DNA of 64,000 bases from Cyanobacteria bacterium auto_48_18 (GCA_036170915.1 JAVHQC010000022.1:319420-383419), one strand, 5' to 3'; shown: positions 47,056 to 57,049, counted from the first letter of the stretch. Notes: generated by a model from the sequence alone, not told the origin. Translations and numbers: made by a program.

Positions 47056-47153
47056 ATTTTTCTTCTTAAATTCGCCATTTTGGCTTAAACTGTCCTTTAT
47101 GCTTAACTCATTGAGAGCGGCTAAAGGATTTTTTTTGTAATCAAGAGGAATAA

Positions 47154-48389
47154 GTGAAAGCCGGCACAAAATCGTCACATCGTCTGGGTGAGCTTTTGCA
47201 AGAAGCTGGAGTGCTCTCAGCTGAAGAGTTGAAGCACGCGGTGCAACTGAACGGTGAAACCGGTCTGCCGCTGGGCCGGGTGCTGGTGATGTGTGGCTAT
47301 ATTGGCGAAAAAGATCTGGAAGCTGCGGTCTGGGCGCAGTCTCTGGTAAAAGATTGCGCCATCACTTTAGAGAAAGCGCGCGAGGCATTGAAGCTTTATA
47401 AGGCTGAAGGAAACGAGTTTGAGGCCTGTCTGGCCTCAATTGGTTTTGTTAAAGAGTCGCGCCTGCCCACAGCTAGACTGGGTGAGCTTTTAGTTGAAGC
47501 CGATATTATCGGCAAACCACAATTAAAAGATGCGCTTAAGACCAGTCAGGAGACCGGACTACCCCTGGGTCGCATTTTAGTTTTAACCGGGGCGATTTCA
47601 GAAGAAATGCTTTCTGCCGCTCTCACTGCGCAAGTGCTGGTGCGGGACGGCAAGATTTCACGGCCGCAATCATTGCAGGCTCTTAAATCGAGTCGCTTCC
47701 GCCGAGTCAATATTGAAGTTTCGCTTATGGATCTGGGCTTTTATCGTCCACCGCCCCGGCAGCGGGTCAAGCTTGGCGAGCTTTTGGTTTTGTCTGGTCT
47801 TGTAAACGAACCAGATTTGATGACCGCCCTCGAGATGGGATTAATTCGCGAAGTGCCCGTGGGCCAGATGCTGGTAGAAGGCGGTTTTATCAGCAAGCGC
47901 ATTCTTGACACGGCCTTGAAGCTGCAAGAGATAGTCGCCAGTCACTCATTGAGCGCGCTTAAAGCGGCGGAGGCTTTGCGTCATGTGTCCGAGCGTCAAA
48001 TTACACTGGCGCGCGCCATTTCAGAACTAGATTTGAGCGGTACCGAGGTTAAAGAACGCATCAGATTGGGCGAAATGCTCAAAGCTGCCGGCATCGTCAA
48101 CGATAACGATATTCGCAAAGCATTACGCGACGCCCGGCGCAATTCGGCCTTACTCGGCAAAATTTTGCTGGTTACCGGTGCTATTGACGAGCCGACATTG
48201 CACGCAACTTTGAGGGCACTGATGCTGGTGCGCGATGAAAAAATCACAATGGAACAGGCGATCATCGCCATTAACCACGCGCGTAAGCATCAACTGACTC
48301 TAGATGAAGCATTAGCTGAGCTGAAGTGGACTGCTGTGGTCAATGACCATGATGATGAAGATAGCGGTGCCATTGGTCTAGACGACTGA
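47154..48389 (+). CDS. Protein of four tandem MshEN-like (c-di-GMP-binding-type) modules
   Basis: Four ~98-aa repeats, each (R/K)LGE(L/M)L...(G/D).....L..A....(P/L)(L/V)G..L...G.I....L..A...; no other domain. Confidence 0.8.
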   Translation: MKAGTKSSHRLGELLQEAGVLSAEELKHAVQLNGETGLPLGRVLVMCGYIGEKDLEAAVWAQSLVKDCAITLEKAREALKLYKAEGNEFEACLASIGFVKESRLPTARLGELLVEADIIGKPQLKDALKTSQETGLPLGRILVLTGAISEEMLSAALTAQVLVRDGKISRPQSLQALKSSRFRRVNIEVSLMDLGFYRPPPRQRVKLGELLVLSGLVNEPDLMTALEMGLIREVPVGQMLVEGGFISKRILDTALKLQEIVASHSLSALKAAEALRHVSERQITLARAISELDLSGTEVKERIRLGEMLKAAGIVNDNDIRKALRDARRNSALLGKILLVTGAIDEPTLHATLRALMLVRDEKITMEQAIIAINHARKHQLTLDEALAELKWTAVVNDHDDEDSGAIGLDD

Positions 48390-48397
48390 CGAATTTA

Positions 48398-48423
48398 CAG
48401 AGAATTTTTCGAAAATTTCTCTG
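48398..48423. terminator. Hairpin between convergent genes (possible bidirectional terminator)
   Basis: CAGAGAA-TTTT-TCG-AAAA-T-TTCTCTG. Confidence 0.5.
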
Positions 48424-48427
48424 CGAA

Positions 48428-49096
48428 TTAGCCGAGCACTACTGACCAGAGCAGTATCACTACCATCAGGTCAAAAACAAAACCATGCCATAAGGTCGGC
48501 AGCACCAGCGAGTCGGTTTTTCGGTACATCCACGATAAATAAATTCCTACCGAAAATACGGTTATGAATCCGATATAGAGAAATAGTGGTGTCACAAAAA
48601 GACGCACTACCATCACATGCCAGGCGGCGAAAAGAAAATTGGTCCAGAGCACCGGCAGGCTGAAAATTTTTGTTTCTCGACTGCTTAATTCATTGAGCAC
48701 CACTCCCCGCCAGAATAACTCTTCAATCAGCGGATTGATGGTGACAAAATAGATGCTCATAGGAATAAGCCAATCAGGCCGAAAACCACGAAAATTAAGA
48801 CTGGCCAGGGCCCTTGTTTTATTAAAAATATGCGTGCCAACAAGGTGATAGGCATAGTAGGTATAGGCACCAAATAGTAGGGCCGCCACAAACAAAATTA
48901 TCAATTGCCGAGCTGTGGGTCGACTTAAGTGTGTGCTCCAGTGGTGCCTTTTCCAGATAATGGCAGGAAGGGCACAGCAGCCGTGATAGAGGAAAAAGGT
49001 CCAGAGGATGCTGTGAAAATAATGCAGACCAAGCAACATGCAAAACCAGGGCACAAGAGACCAGGCTACGATAATCAGTTTGTTGGTGGAAATCAT
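48428..49096 (-). CDS. CPBP (CAAX/Abi) intramembrane metalloprotease
   Basis: EELFWRG, FAAWH and LWHG..D motifs in a multi-TM protein. Confidence 0.9.
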   Translation of the reverse strand: MISTNKLIIVAWSLVPWFCMLLGLHYFHSILWTFFLYHGCCALPAIIWKRHHWSTHLSRPTARQLIILFVAALLFGAYTYYAYHLVGTHIFNKTRALASLNFRGFRPDWLIPMSIYFVTINPLIEELFWRGVVLNELSSRETKIFSLPVLWTNFLFAAWHVMVVRLFVTPLFLYIGFITVFSVGIYLSWMYRKTDSLVLPTLWHGFVFDLMVVILLWSVVLG

Positions 49097-49341
49097 TTGT
49101 TAATGGTACTACAGATGGTGCGCCGTCAGCCTTTTTAACTGCTTGGTTTTGACTGAAGTTCCAATAGCCATTTTGCGCTTTTTAATTTTTGCCTGTTCAC
49201 ATTGACCGTTTCAGGGCTCAAAAGGAGATTAAATTCGCATTTTGAGCAGTCTATTGCCCACAAAACGCCATTGAGTATTGATAGATTGGGTATGTCATTA
49301 AAGGATGTCAGTTGCTGACCTGATGCTGGCGAGGCGTGTAA

Positions 49342-50445
49342 ATGGCTAAGCGAATGAGAACAAGAAACCAGGCGGGCGGACAGATGTCTGAAATGCCAGT
49401 GGCTCTGTTCATTCTTTTCTTCTTCTTTCTGTTTCCCTTAATAAACATGGTGTTCATCGGCATGGCCGCCGTCACCATTTATTTTGCCACAGTGACAAAT
49501 GTTACCCGGGCGGCCAAGCAACCTGACTTTACAACGTCGCTTTCTGCTTTCTTTGACGAAGCCAGTCTGCTGAACGGGTCGGGCATGATTCAGTTTCTTA
49601 AAATGACGCCATATGCTGGCTACAAGGGTTGCGGCTCTGATTTGTTCATTACCGCCACTGACACCGGCACGGGCACGGCTGCTACTTTCGGGCCGAATAC
49701 TGGGGTCACGGGGCCGGTTGATCCTAATGCAAGGCTTTACGAGTACAGAGGCGTGACCGCCTATGATGTGCAGCCTTTCATCAACCTTGGCGCCGTTCCG
49801 TTTTTAACTGGAGTGCCTGGAATTGGCGCTCCGTTTCGTCTTTCTTTTTCGGCTCACTCTGCCGCTGAACATCCCACGGGTTTGGCTACTGCCAACAATC
49901 CCACCTTGCTGAGCGGCGGCACTCCTGGTATCAGCCTTGATAATCCTCCTGGTCTTGACCCTGCTTCTGTTGCTGTTTCAAGCGGTGGAACCACCTGGCT
50001 CACCCCTGATGTTTTCCAGACCATCGACAATTCGGGAGCCACTATCAACGACCAAACTGTGCTTTCTGTTGCTGCTCGCGAACCAGACTGGACTCATACG
50101 TCAGTACAGGTGTCAGACGGCGATAAAATCTACATCGATTACAAAGCCGATGGTTCCTGGCAAAATGGTGTTGGCAGCCTCGTCCCCAGCAACGCTGACG
50201 GGGCTAATTCAAAAGCCTATGATGATTCAATTGAAAAACAGGGCTATATGATTGGCAAACTTGGCAGTACAGAATTTTTGATGGGCAAGTCTCAGCAAAT
50301 GGTTCTGGCTCCATCTGGTCAAAGCGGCGAACTGTTGATTGCCAATTTTATGAAAGGCGGCCCAAGCTCCAAAGACACTAAAGTGAGAAAAGCGTACAAG
50401 AATAACAAGGGCACCATGGACGTTCGTATTATCGTGGTGCGTTAA
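49342..50445 (+). CDS. TadE-like minor pilin with C-terminal LecA/PA-IL-like domain
   Basis: Basic leader, G|QMSE and a hydrophobic helix (prepilin pattern, Glu near +4/+5); C-terminal W..T.V.V..GD.I....GSW, ADG, G..IGK.G...F..G, SGEL and Y.NN.G...V.I. Confidence 0.65.
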   Translation: MAKRMRTRNQAGGQMSEMPVALFILFFFFLFPLINMVFIGMAAVTIYFATVTNVTRAAKQPDFTTSLSAFFDEASLLNGSGMIQFLKMTPYAGYKGCGSDLFITATDTGTGTAATFGPNTGVTGPVDPNARLYEYRGVTAYDVQPFINLGAVPFLTGVPGIGAPFRLSFSAHSAAEHPTGLATANNPTLLSGGTPGISLDNPPGLDPASVAVSSGGTTWLTPDVFQTIDNSGATINDQTVLSVAAREPDWTHTSVQVSDGDKIYIDYKADGSWQNGVGSLVPSNADGANSKAYDDSIEKQGYMIGKLGSTEFLMGKSQQMVLAPSGQSGELLIANFMKGGPSSKDTKVRKAYKNNKGTMDVRIIVVR

Positions 50446-50448
50446 ACA

Positions 50449-52302
50449 ATGCAAAAACCGCAGCTCTGGCCGTTTAAATTACCGTTTAAGCTTAAGAGAA
50501 ATGATCGTGGCAATATTTTGATTTTTTCAATTTGTTGTACTGCTTTTCTGGCTGCTGCAGTTTGTTATTTTGCCCTCAGCTATGTGCGCACCATCGGTCA
50601 ATATAATCAGCAAGTTTCGGCCATCGATGCTGCCGCACTCGCTGCCGCCACCGACATTGGCAAAATTGTCATTTCAGATTCCAACTGGGGTCTGGTGTCC
50701 ATGGCCGATTATCCGCCTACTCGCGTGGGCACCAAAGCTGGTGACAATTACTACCTGCCTGTCATCGGCATCAATACTCTTTTAGCCACAGTCAGACTTG
50801 ATAGTATCATTGCCGACAAATTTAACGACCCTACTTTTAAGGCCTGCGCTAATCGCGATTATATAAACGCCATGAGCGCAAAAGATAAGCTAAACGCAGT
50901 TCTAGACAATCTTTCCGGCGGCGGTACGGCTGTTGACGTAGACGGTAAGACGATTAATCCGCTGGGTGATGCCATTGCCGCTTACAACGCTAATCGCATC
51001 AATATGACCGGTTGCCCTAGCGCACTTGTACCAGGCAGCATGAAAATGACACTGGGTATTGTGCGAGGTAATCCTACACTTACTCCCATTCCCACACCTA
51101 ATAAATACGCTGAGCTGACTACGGACATGCAGCTTGGTGGGAACTACCGCTCTTTCATTAACGTGCCCTACAACTCTAAAAACTATGTTTTTACAGCCGT
51201 ATCCAACGCCACTCAGTTGGTAGACCACAAAAACTTTGAAGATGATGCCAGTGATTTGCCCTATACCATTAAGTCAGTGGTCAAAATGGAAGCCGATCAG
51301 CAGACAAATGAAAAGCAAGACGGCACCGGCAACAATAATTCTATTCATGCTGTAGCCTGCGCTATTCCGGCCAGCTCGGTAGACCGCAGACCCAAACCAG
51401 GCAGTCTTGCCGTTACCTTCTCCAGGGGCAGCCCTCCTGATATCGGCTCGCTTTTTGGCATGCTTACCAATCAGTTGTTTGCTAAAGCGCCCACTGACGT
51501 ATTGCGTAGCCCGCCCGACGGTGACTATCCGCAAACAGCTTTGACCCGCTTAAAGTTAGACATGGGCCCTTACAATCCGGCACCACCTATTGGTCAGTTG
51601 CTGCGCATCTGTATCTATGACTGGATTCGCAATGCTGGCCCAGGGCTCGATGTCGACTCGTTCTTAGCGGCGCTCAATGCCCCCATCGGCCAGGATGACG
51701 CTTGCCACATGCTGCGTTATGACATTAATGCTGCTGGGGTTATCACTCAAAACAAAGTCTATATGGATGCCTCGCCAACCATGCCCGTTTCGCAACGGCA
51801 GATTTATGCGGTTTCAGGTCTGGCATTTAATTCCACAAATACTTTGCGCTATGACATTTATGTTCGCGACTATTGCTACAAGCTGGGCCCTACTAATGGC
51901 GGCAAACACGCTGGCCAGCCTTGCCCTTACCCATACGGGCCAGCTGACCCTGCCACAGATATGGGTTGGCCTGATGGTGGTTTGCGCGAAAAACAAGGCA
52001 CCATGGGTACGTTTCCTGATGGCCCTGGTGGTGGTGCCAATCGACCAACCTATATCAATGGCGGCATAACCGGCGAAATAAAATTCCGGCCGCGCTGGCC
52101 TTCATACAGCAGCCTGACCGAAGTTAACGACGAGAGCATCTACACCAGCTACGGCTCTGACGGAGACGGCGATGGCGATGGTGACGGCGGAGACGGGGGA
52201 GATGGCGGCGACGGTGGTGGCGATGGAGACGGCGGCGACGGTGGAGATGGCGGTGACGGTGGTGATGGCGGAGACGGTGGTGATGGTGGCGACGGCAATT
52301 AA
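50449..52302 (+). CDS. TadG-like pilus-associated protein with acidic Gly-Asp tail
   Basis: RNDRG|NILIF prepilin-like N-terminus, AIDAAALAAA Tad motif and C-terminal (GDG)n. Confidence 0.7.
   Translation: MQKPQLWPFKLPFKLKRNDRGNILIFSICCTAFLAAAVCYFALSYVRTIGQYNQQVSAIDAAALAAATDIGKIVISDSNWGLVSMADYPPTRVGTKAGDNYYLPVIGINTLLATVRLDSIIADKFNDPTFKACANRDYINAMSAKDKLNAVLDNLSGGGTAVDVDGKTINPLGDAIAAYNANRINMTGCPSALVPGSMKMTLGIVRGNPTLTPIPTPNKYAELTTDMQLGGNYRSFINVPYNSKNYVFTAVSNATQLVDHKNFEDDASDLPYTIKSVVKMEADQQTNEKQDGTGNNNSIHAVACAIPASSVDRRPKPGSLAVTFSRGSPPDIGSLFGMLTNQLFAKAPTDVLRSPPDGDYPQTALTRLKLDMGPYNPAPPIGQLLRICIYDWIRNAGPGLDVDSFLAALNAPIGQDDACHMLRYDINAAGVITQNKVYMDASPTMPVSQRQIYAVSGLAFNSTNTLRYDIYVRDYCYKLGPTNGGKHAGQPCPYPYGPADPATDMGWPDGGLREKQGTMGTFPDGPGGGANRPTYINGGITGEIKFRPRWPSYSSLTEVNDESIYTSYGSDGDGDGDGDGGDGGDGGDGGGDGDGGDGGDGGDGGDGGDGGDGGDGN
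52159..52296 (+). repeat. Codon-degenerate repeat encoding (GD/GGD)n
   Basis: About 46 codons of only Gly and Asp, using mixed synonymous codons. Confidence 0.9.
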
Positions 52303-52326
52303 TTTGCTTAGCCTGAGTCGCCTAAT

Positions 52327-53349
52327 TTAAGGTGTACCATCCCAGCTTGAGCCCGAAAACGCAATTGCCATATAACTGATTGATCGCTCACGCGATTGCC
52401 TGGTTTTAGTTCCCATTACGTCTTGCGAAGTGTTGTATTTGAGTAGTGTGCAGCGGCTGTTCGGCGGTAGCATATGCAGCAAAATACAGCAGGCATTGAA
52501 ACCACATATGGTGTCAGCTGTTTCTTCTTTGAACTGTCGAAACCCTTTTAGATCTAAATGTGCCAGGTAGCTGTAAGCGCGGCTGTCCAACTTCTCGATA
52601 TTTTCTTTGACGTCATCTTTAAATGGTTGGTAGTGATAATGCTTGCCCCAGTGAGTAAAATCTGAGCTGACAACGACCAGATCACCTTGCTGCAACTGTT
52701 TTTTGAGCAACTTAGCAATGCTATCTAACTCTGAGGGTGCAGACAAGTTACCAATCAGCACTGGCACAATTTTTACGGCACTTCCAAATGTATGCTGAAT
52801 AAAAGGCAACTGCATTTCAAGCGAGTGTTCAAATTTTTGAATCGATTCATCTTCGCGAAAAAGCGGCGACTGCAACAGCGTTTGTATCGCTGTGCTATCT
52901 AAGGGCAAATCGCCCAGCGGAGTTCTGAAAGTACGACTAACTGGCAGAACCGCCCCGTGAAAACGTACCTGATGGCAAGGGCCAAGCAAGAAAATGCGCC
53001 TTACTTTTTGTTGTTTCACAGCGGCATAGCTATGCCCTGCCACCTTGGCTGAGTAGCGATAGGCGGCGTGGGGCGCAATTATTGCCAGCACTGGTTGGTT
53101 GATATTTAAATCTTGTTGGTCGGCGCTGAGCCTGGCACCGCTTTCATGGTCGACAATTGGTTGAGCGGCAAAAGAGCAATGATCAAGGTCTTCGATCAAG
53201 CGATTTTTTTTGCCCACATACCAGTTGCCTGCATAAGTAGGAAGGCGCACCGCAGTCAGGCCCGATGCTTGCCAGGTAATTTTAAAAACTATATAGAGGA
53301 GAAAAAAAGCTCCAATAAATATAGAGAACCAAATTACTTTTGGGCGCAT
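52327..53349 (-). CDS. AmmeMemoRadiSam system protein B (MEMO1 family) with N-terminal membrane anchor
   Basis: AG.WY, IAPHA.Y.YS, LGP.H, TPLG, EHSLEMQLPF, SSDFTH.G and TICG motifs. Confidence 0.92.
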   Translation of the reverse strand: MRPKVIWFSIFIGAFFLLYIVFKITWQASGLTAVRLPTYAGNWYVGKKNRLIEDLDHCSFAAQPIVDHESGARLSADQQDLNINQPVLAIIAPHAAYRYSAKVAGHSYAAVKQQKVRRIFLLGPCHQVRFHGAVLPVSRTFRTPLGDLPLDSTAIQTLLQSPLFREDESIQKFEHSLEMQLPFIQHTFGSAVKIVPVLIGNLSAPSELDSIAKLLKKQLQQGDLVVVSSDFTHWGKHYHYQPFKDDVKENIEKLDSRAYSYLAHLDLKGFRQFKEETADTICGFNACCILLHMLPPNSRCTLLKYNTSQDVMGTKTRQSRERSISYMAIAFSGSSWDGTP

Positions 53350-53448
53350 GTTCGACCTTCGATTTGACTCGCCCTCAAACTATTTCAGTATAATCACACA
53401 GTGGCCATAATCAAGTAAAGCAGTGCAGCAAAGGCGATTTACAGACGG

Positions 53449-55050
53449 ATGTCAGCAGATAGCTCACCGCTTGAGACTACAACACTAACTAGCGCACCAG
53501 ACTACCGCCGGTCATTTTCTCTGTCGGCCTGGCTTTTTCTAAGGCTTATGGGCCTCTGCTATTTTTTTGCTTTTGTCTCGTCTTTTGCTCAGGTTAACGG
53601 ATTATTCGGCAGCGATGGTATCTTGCCTGCTCAGCTGACTTTGCGAGAGTTTCATGATAAAGGCGGCATTGATGCATGGCTGATCCATCCGACTTTACTG
53701 TGGCTTGACAGCAGCGATTGTATGCTTAATTTTCTCACCGCGAGTGGTGCACTGCTGTCTTTGTTCGTGCTGGTTGGAGTTTGTTCTGGACCAGCCCTGG
53801 CACTGCTCTTTATCTTTTACCTTTCGCTGGTGGCGGTAGGTAGAGTCTTCCTTCACTTCCAGTGGGATCACCTTTTGCTGGAAGCGGGATTTCTGGCAAT
53901 ATTTTTTGCACCATGGGTGGTGATTGATGCACCTTTTGGCAGAAAAGGGCAACCTTATTCAAAAGTGATTTTGTTTTTTCTCTACTGGTTGCTCTTCCGT
54001 TTAATGTTTTTATCAGGGCTGGTCAAAATCGGCAGCCATAGCATTACCTGGAAAGACATGTCGGCCATGAGCCATTATTATGAAACTCAGCTTTTGCCTA
54101 ATCCGCTAGCCTGGCTGGCTCACCAGGCGCCGGCCGCTATGCAAAATATGTCAACTGCTGGCACCTTTGTCATTGAATTGTTTGTGCCCTTCCTTATTTT
54201 TGCTCCGCGCAAATTAAGGCTGCTGGGCGCATTTGCTCTGATAACGCTGCAATTTTTTATTTATGTCACAGGCAATCACGGCTTTTTCAATATACTCAGT
54301 GCTGCGCTGTGTCTTTTATTGCTTGACGATCAGCTCTTCAAAAAAGTATTTCCTCAAGTGCTTGCCCAGAGGTTGCTTGTGGAGCCTGAGCCTGAACTTA
54401 GCGAGAATGGCGACGGTAAACAATTCTTCGCCGTGCGACTGTGGCGGCGCTTTTCGATGTTACCGTTTGACGGTAAAATGCGGAGGGCACTGCAAGCATG
54501 TCTGGCATTATTTCTTTTCATGCTCACCAGCACAAGGTTTTATGCCAAAGCTTTTGATACTGAGCAAATTGCTCAACCTTTCAAGGCCATTGAAAATGCT
54601 CTGCGATTTTATTACATCACTAGCCCATACGGTCTGTATGCCAATGTCTTACCATCTCGTACTGAGATAATTATTGAAGGTAGTAACGATTTGATTGAAT
54701 GGAAACCCTATAGCTTTAAGTACAAAATCGGCGACGTTAATCGTGCACCACCTGTGGTGGAACCATTTCAGCCTCGATTAGACTGGCGCATGCGCTTTGC
54801 CGTCCTGGCTCCTCTTTCTCAGAGCCCCTGGTTCTCAAATTTTGCCAGCAAAATTTTGGCAGGTTCTGACCATGTGCTGGCTTTGCTTGATAAAAATCCA
54901 TTCCCTGACGACCCACCTGCTTTTTTGCGTGCTGGTGTATACGAGTATGCGTTTACCAGTGTTGACGAGAAATGGCAAACAGGCAGGTGGTGGCGCCGCG
55001 AATATGCTAAACCGTTTATGATGCCTACTGAGACAGGCGGTCGCGACTAA
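53449..55050 (+). CDS. Lipase maturation factor (LMF1) family membrane protein
   Basis: GL.G..GILP, FQWD.LLLEAGF, FRLMF.SG.VK, YETQ.LPNP and P.QPRLDW.M.FA motifs. Confidence 0.92.
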   Translation: MSADSSPLETTTLTSAPDYRRSFSLSAWLFLRLMGLCYFFAFVSSFAQVNGLFGSDGILPAQLTLREFHDKGGIDAWLIHPTLLWLDSSDCMLNFLTASGALLSLFVLVGVCSGPALALLFIFYLSLVAVGRVFLHFQWDHLLLEAGFLAIFFAPWVVIDAPFGRKGQPYSKVILFFLYWLLFRLMFLSGLVKIGSHSITWKDMSAMSHYYETQLLPNPLAWLAHQAPAAMQNMSTAGTFVIELFVPFLIFAPRKLRLLGAFALITLQFFIYVTGNHGFFNILSAALCLLLLDDQLFKKVFPQVLAQRLLVEPEPELSENGDGKQFFAVRLWRRFSMLPFDGKMRRALQACLALFLFMLTSTRFYAKAFDTEQIAQPFKAIENALRFYYITSPYGLYANVLPSRTEIIIEGSNDLIEWKPYSFKYKIGDVNRAPPVVEPFQPRLDWRMRFAVLAPLSQSPWFSNFASKILAGSDHVLALLDKNPFPDDPPAFLRAGVYEYAFTSVDEKWQTGRWWRREYAKPFMMPTETGGRD

Positions 55051-56139
55051 ATGACCGAGGAGAACAAGGTGAACAATACTGACGACGGCGAAGCCGCTAA
55101 TAAAAAGAAAGGCGCGATTATCATTGCTGTGATTGTCGGCGGCGCTCTTTATGTTGGTGTAAGCCCCTTTATCGGTGCAATGCTGCCGCGCGAGCCAGTG
55201 GGCGGGCCCCAGGAACAGTCGCAAGTACAGGTACAGCATGTCAGTCAAGCTCCTCGGGCTGACCAGGTGCAGCAGATGCCGGTGACTCCGTTGAGCCAGA
55301 CGGCGGCGTCGACCCCTTCTACTGATAGTAGTCTCAAGCATTCTGATATCTTGGCTGCGCTGCGTTCCACCAGCACTAAAGAACCAATGTCTAAACGTTT
55401 TGCTGAGTCACTTACAAGTACCAGCTCCTCCAAAGGCATTCAAGTTCCTGACAATTTACTATCTTCTGCTTCAGTTAAGACACCAGTTACAGCACCAGTT
55501 ACAGCACCAGCTTCAGCACCTGTGATGGTGGCAAATGCTGATTATGAGCGCAGCCTGAAGAATATTACCAGTCTCTGTGGGGCCGGCAAGAATGAAGCAG
55601 GGCTTAAGGCCGCAGACGAATTTATAGCAACACTAAATCGAGACCCAGGCGCCTTACCGAAATACAAAATAGTTACTGTTGCCCTGGCTATGCAGATGGC
55701 CGCTGATACCCACCAGAAAGCCAGAGCTCAAACCTACGGTGAAATTGGTCTGATGGCAGCTCGGGACCACGACGATTATTTCATGGAAAGACTAGAGCCT
55801 TTGTATTATTCCATTCAGGGCGGCTCTACGGTTGATTTTGCCAAAGCTGAAAGTTTACTTGAACAGTGTCAGGCTGAGCTTGCAAGCGGCACCAGGCAAA
55901 AGTTGCCGCAGTTGGGTCGGGAGGTCTTGGCCGCCACTGAGACATTGCCTGATCGCAGCTTCTATCGCCTGCAAGCACGGGTAATGAACGCCTATGGAGA
56001 ATTCGTCCAGAGCGGTAATCCGGCCGCTGCAATTGAAGCCTTTGAGGCAATTAAGCGAACTGCCAGAGCTGCTGGCGATCATACTATTGCTAAAAAATGC
56101 GAAGTGGTTGTAGCCCTGATTAGAAAGCAGCAGAAATAG
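55051..56139 (+). CDS. Hypothetical membrane-anchored protein with helical (TPR-like) C-terminus
   Basis: N-terminal TM, Ser/Thr/Pro linker; abuts the LMF stop codon. Confidence 0.7.
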   Translation: MTEENKVNNTDDGEAANKKKGAIIIAVIVGGALYVGVSPFIGAMLPREPVGGPQEQSQVQVQHVSQAPRADQVQQMPVTPLSQTAASTPSTDSSLKHSDILAALRSTSTKEPMSKRFAESLTSTSSSKGIQVPDNLLSSASVKTPVTAPVTAPASAPVMVANADYERSLKNITSLCGAGKNEAGLKAADEFIATLNRDPGALPKYKIVTVALAMQMAADTHQKARAQTYGEIGLMAARDHDDYFMERLEPLYYSIQGGSTVDFAKAESLLEQCQAELASGTRQKLPQLGREVLAATETLPDRSFYRLQARVMNAYGEFVQSGNPAAAIEAFEAIKRTARAAGDHTIAKKCEVVVALIRKQQK

Positions 56140-56140
56140 G

Positions 56141-57049
56141 TTACGTTTTAGTCGAATTTCGCACCACAAATATTCCTGACACTGCAATTAAGAGTGTGCC
56201 CACCAGTGTGGCCTGACCAGGAAATTTGGCAAAGAACAATACATCAAGTAACGCTGCCCAAACGAGCGCTGTGTAGCTCAGTGGTGCCACAGTTGTCGCT
56301 GGTGCCTGGTGATATGCCTCGGTCATGCAAAGCTGGCCGACACCACCGATGACACCAATGGCAAGCAGCAAAAGAGCGTCATGAAGATTAGGCACCACCA
56401 TGTGGAATGGCAACGAAATCAACCCGGCGAGAGAACAGGCAAGCATGAAATAAACAACAATAGTAACGCTCTTTTCCGTCGCACCCATTTTACGCAATTC
56501 AATTGAAACAAAGCCTGAGCTTGCTGCTGAAGCCAGAGCCATGAGCGCCCCGGGGATGCTGGAAGATAAATGGGGTTGCATCATATAGAGCACACCAAAG
56601 AAGCCAGCGCTGATGGCCGCCAGTTTGCCGGGCGTGACTTTTTCTCCCAATATGAAAATCGCTAGAACAGTTGTCACAAGAGGGGCGCAGTAGAAAATTG
56701 TGGTCGCTTCAGAAAGCGGCAGCAATTTGAGCGACTCAATGCACAGAAAAGCTGAACTGAGCCCCACCATTGAGCGCGTCAGGTGCATATAGGGGTGTTT
56801 GGTCTGAAAAACCTTAAGGCCGCCTTCTCTGGCGATCACCGGCAGGAGCGGTATCAGGGCAAAAAAGCTGCGGCAGAACAAAACTTCGCCTGCCGGATAG
56901 TCTTTACCCAGCAGTTTAATCATGGCAAACATAAGTGAAAAGCAGGCTGCCGACAGAAGGGCGTACTGCGCAGCTTTTCTGGTTGAGTTAATAGGCACTC
57001 TGCAATTATGGGTGGCCAGACAGGAAAGAGTTGATGATTTTGCTATCAT
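56141..57049 (-). CDS. DMT/EamA family transporter
   Basis: About 10 TM helices; LPL.EAT.I.Y..P, LGEKV, GQL..T.AY and AP..YT..VWA motifs. Confidence 0.92.
   Translation of the reverse strand: MIAKSSTLSCLATHNCRVPINSTRKAAQYALLSAACFSLMFAMIKLLGKDYPAGEVLFCRSFFALIPLLPVIAREGGLKVFQTKHPYMHLTRSMVGLSSAFLCIESLKLLPLSEATTIFYCAPLVTTVLAIFILGEKVTPGKLAAISAGFFGVLYMMQPHLSSSIPGALMALASAASSGFVSIELRKMGATEKSVTIVVYFMLACSLAGLISLPFHMVVPNLHDALLLLAIGVIGGVGQLCMTEAYHQAPATTVAPLSYTALVWAALLDVLFFAKFPGQATLVGTLLIAVSGIFVVRNSTKT

Noticed and set aside
46834..47088. 84-aa ORF
   Set aside because: It overlaps tRNA-Glu and its promoter, so it is spurious.
46983..49096. tRNA-Glu as an integration site for an island
   Set aside because: I found no integrase and no duplicated tRNA 3' end in the window.
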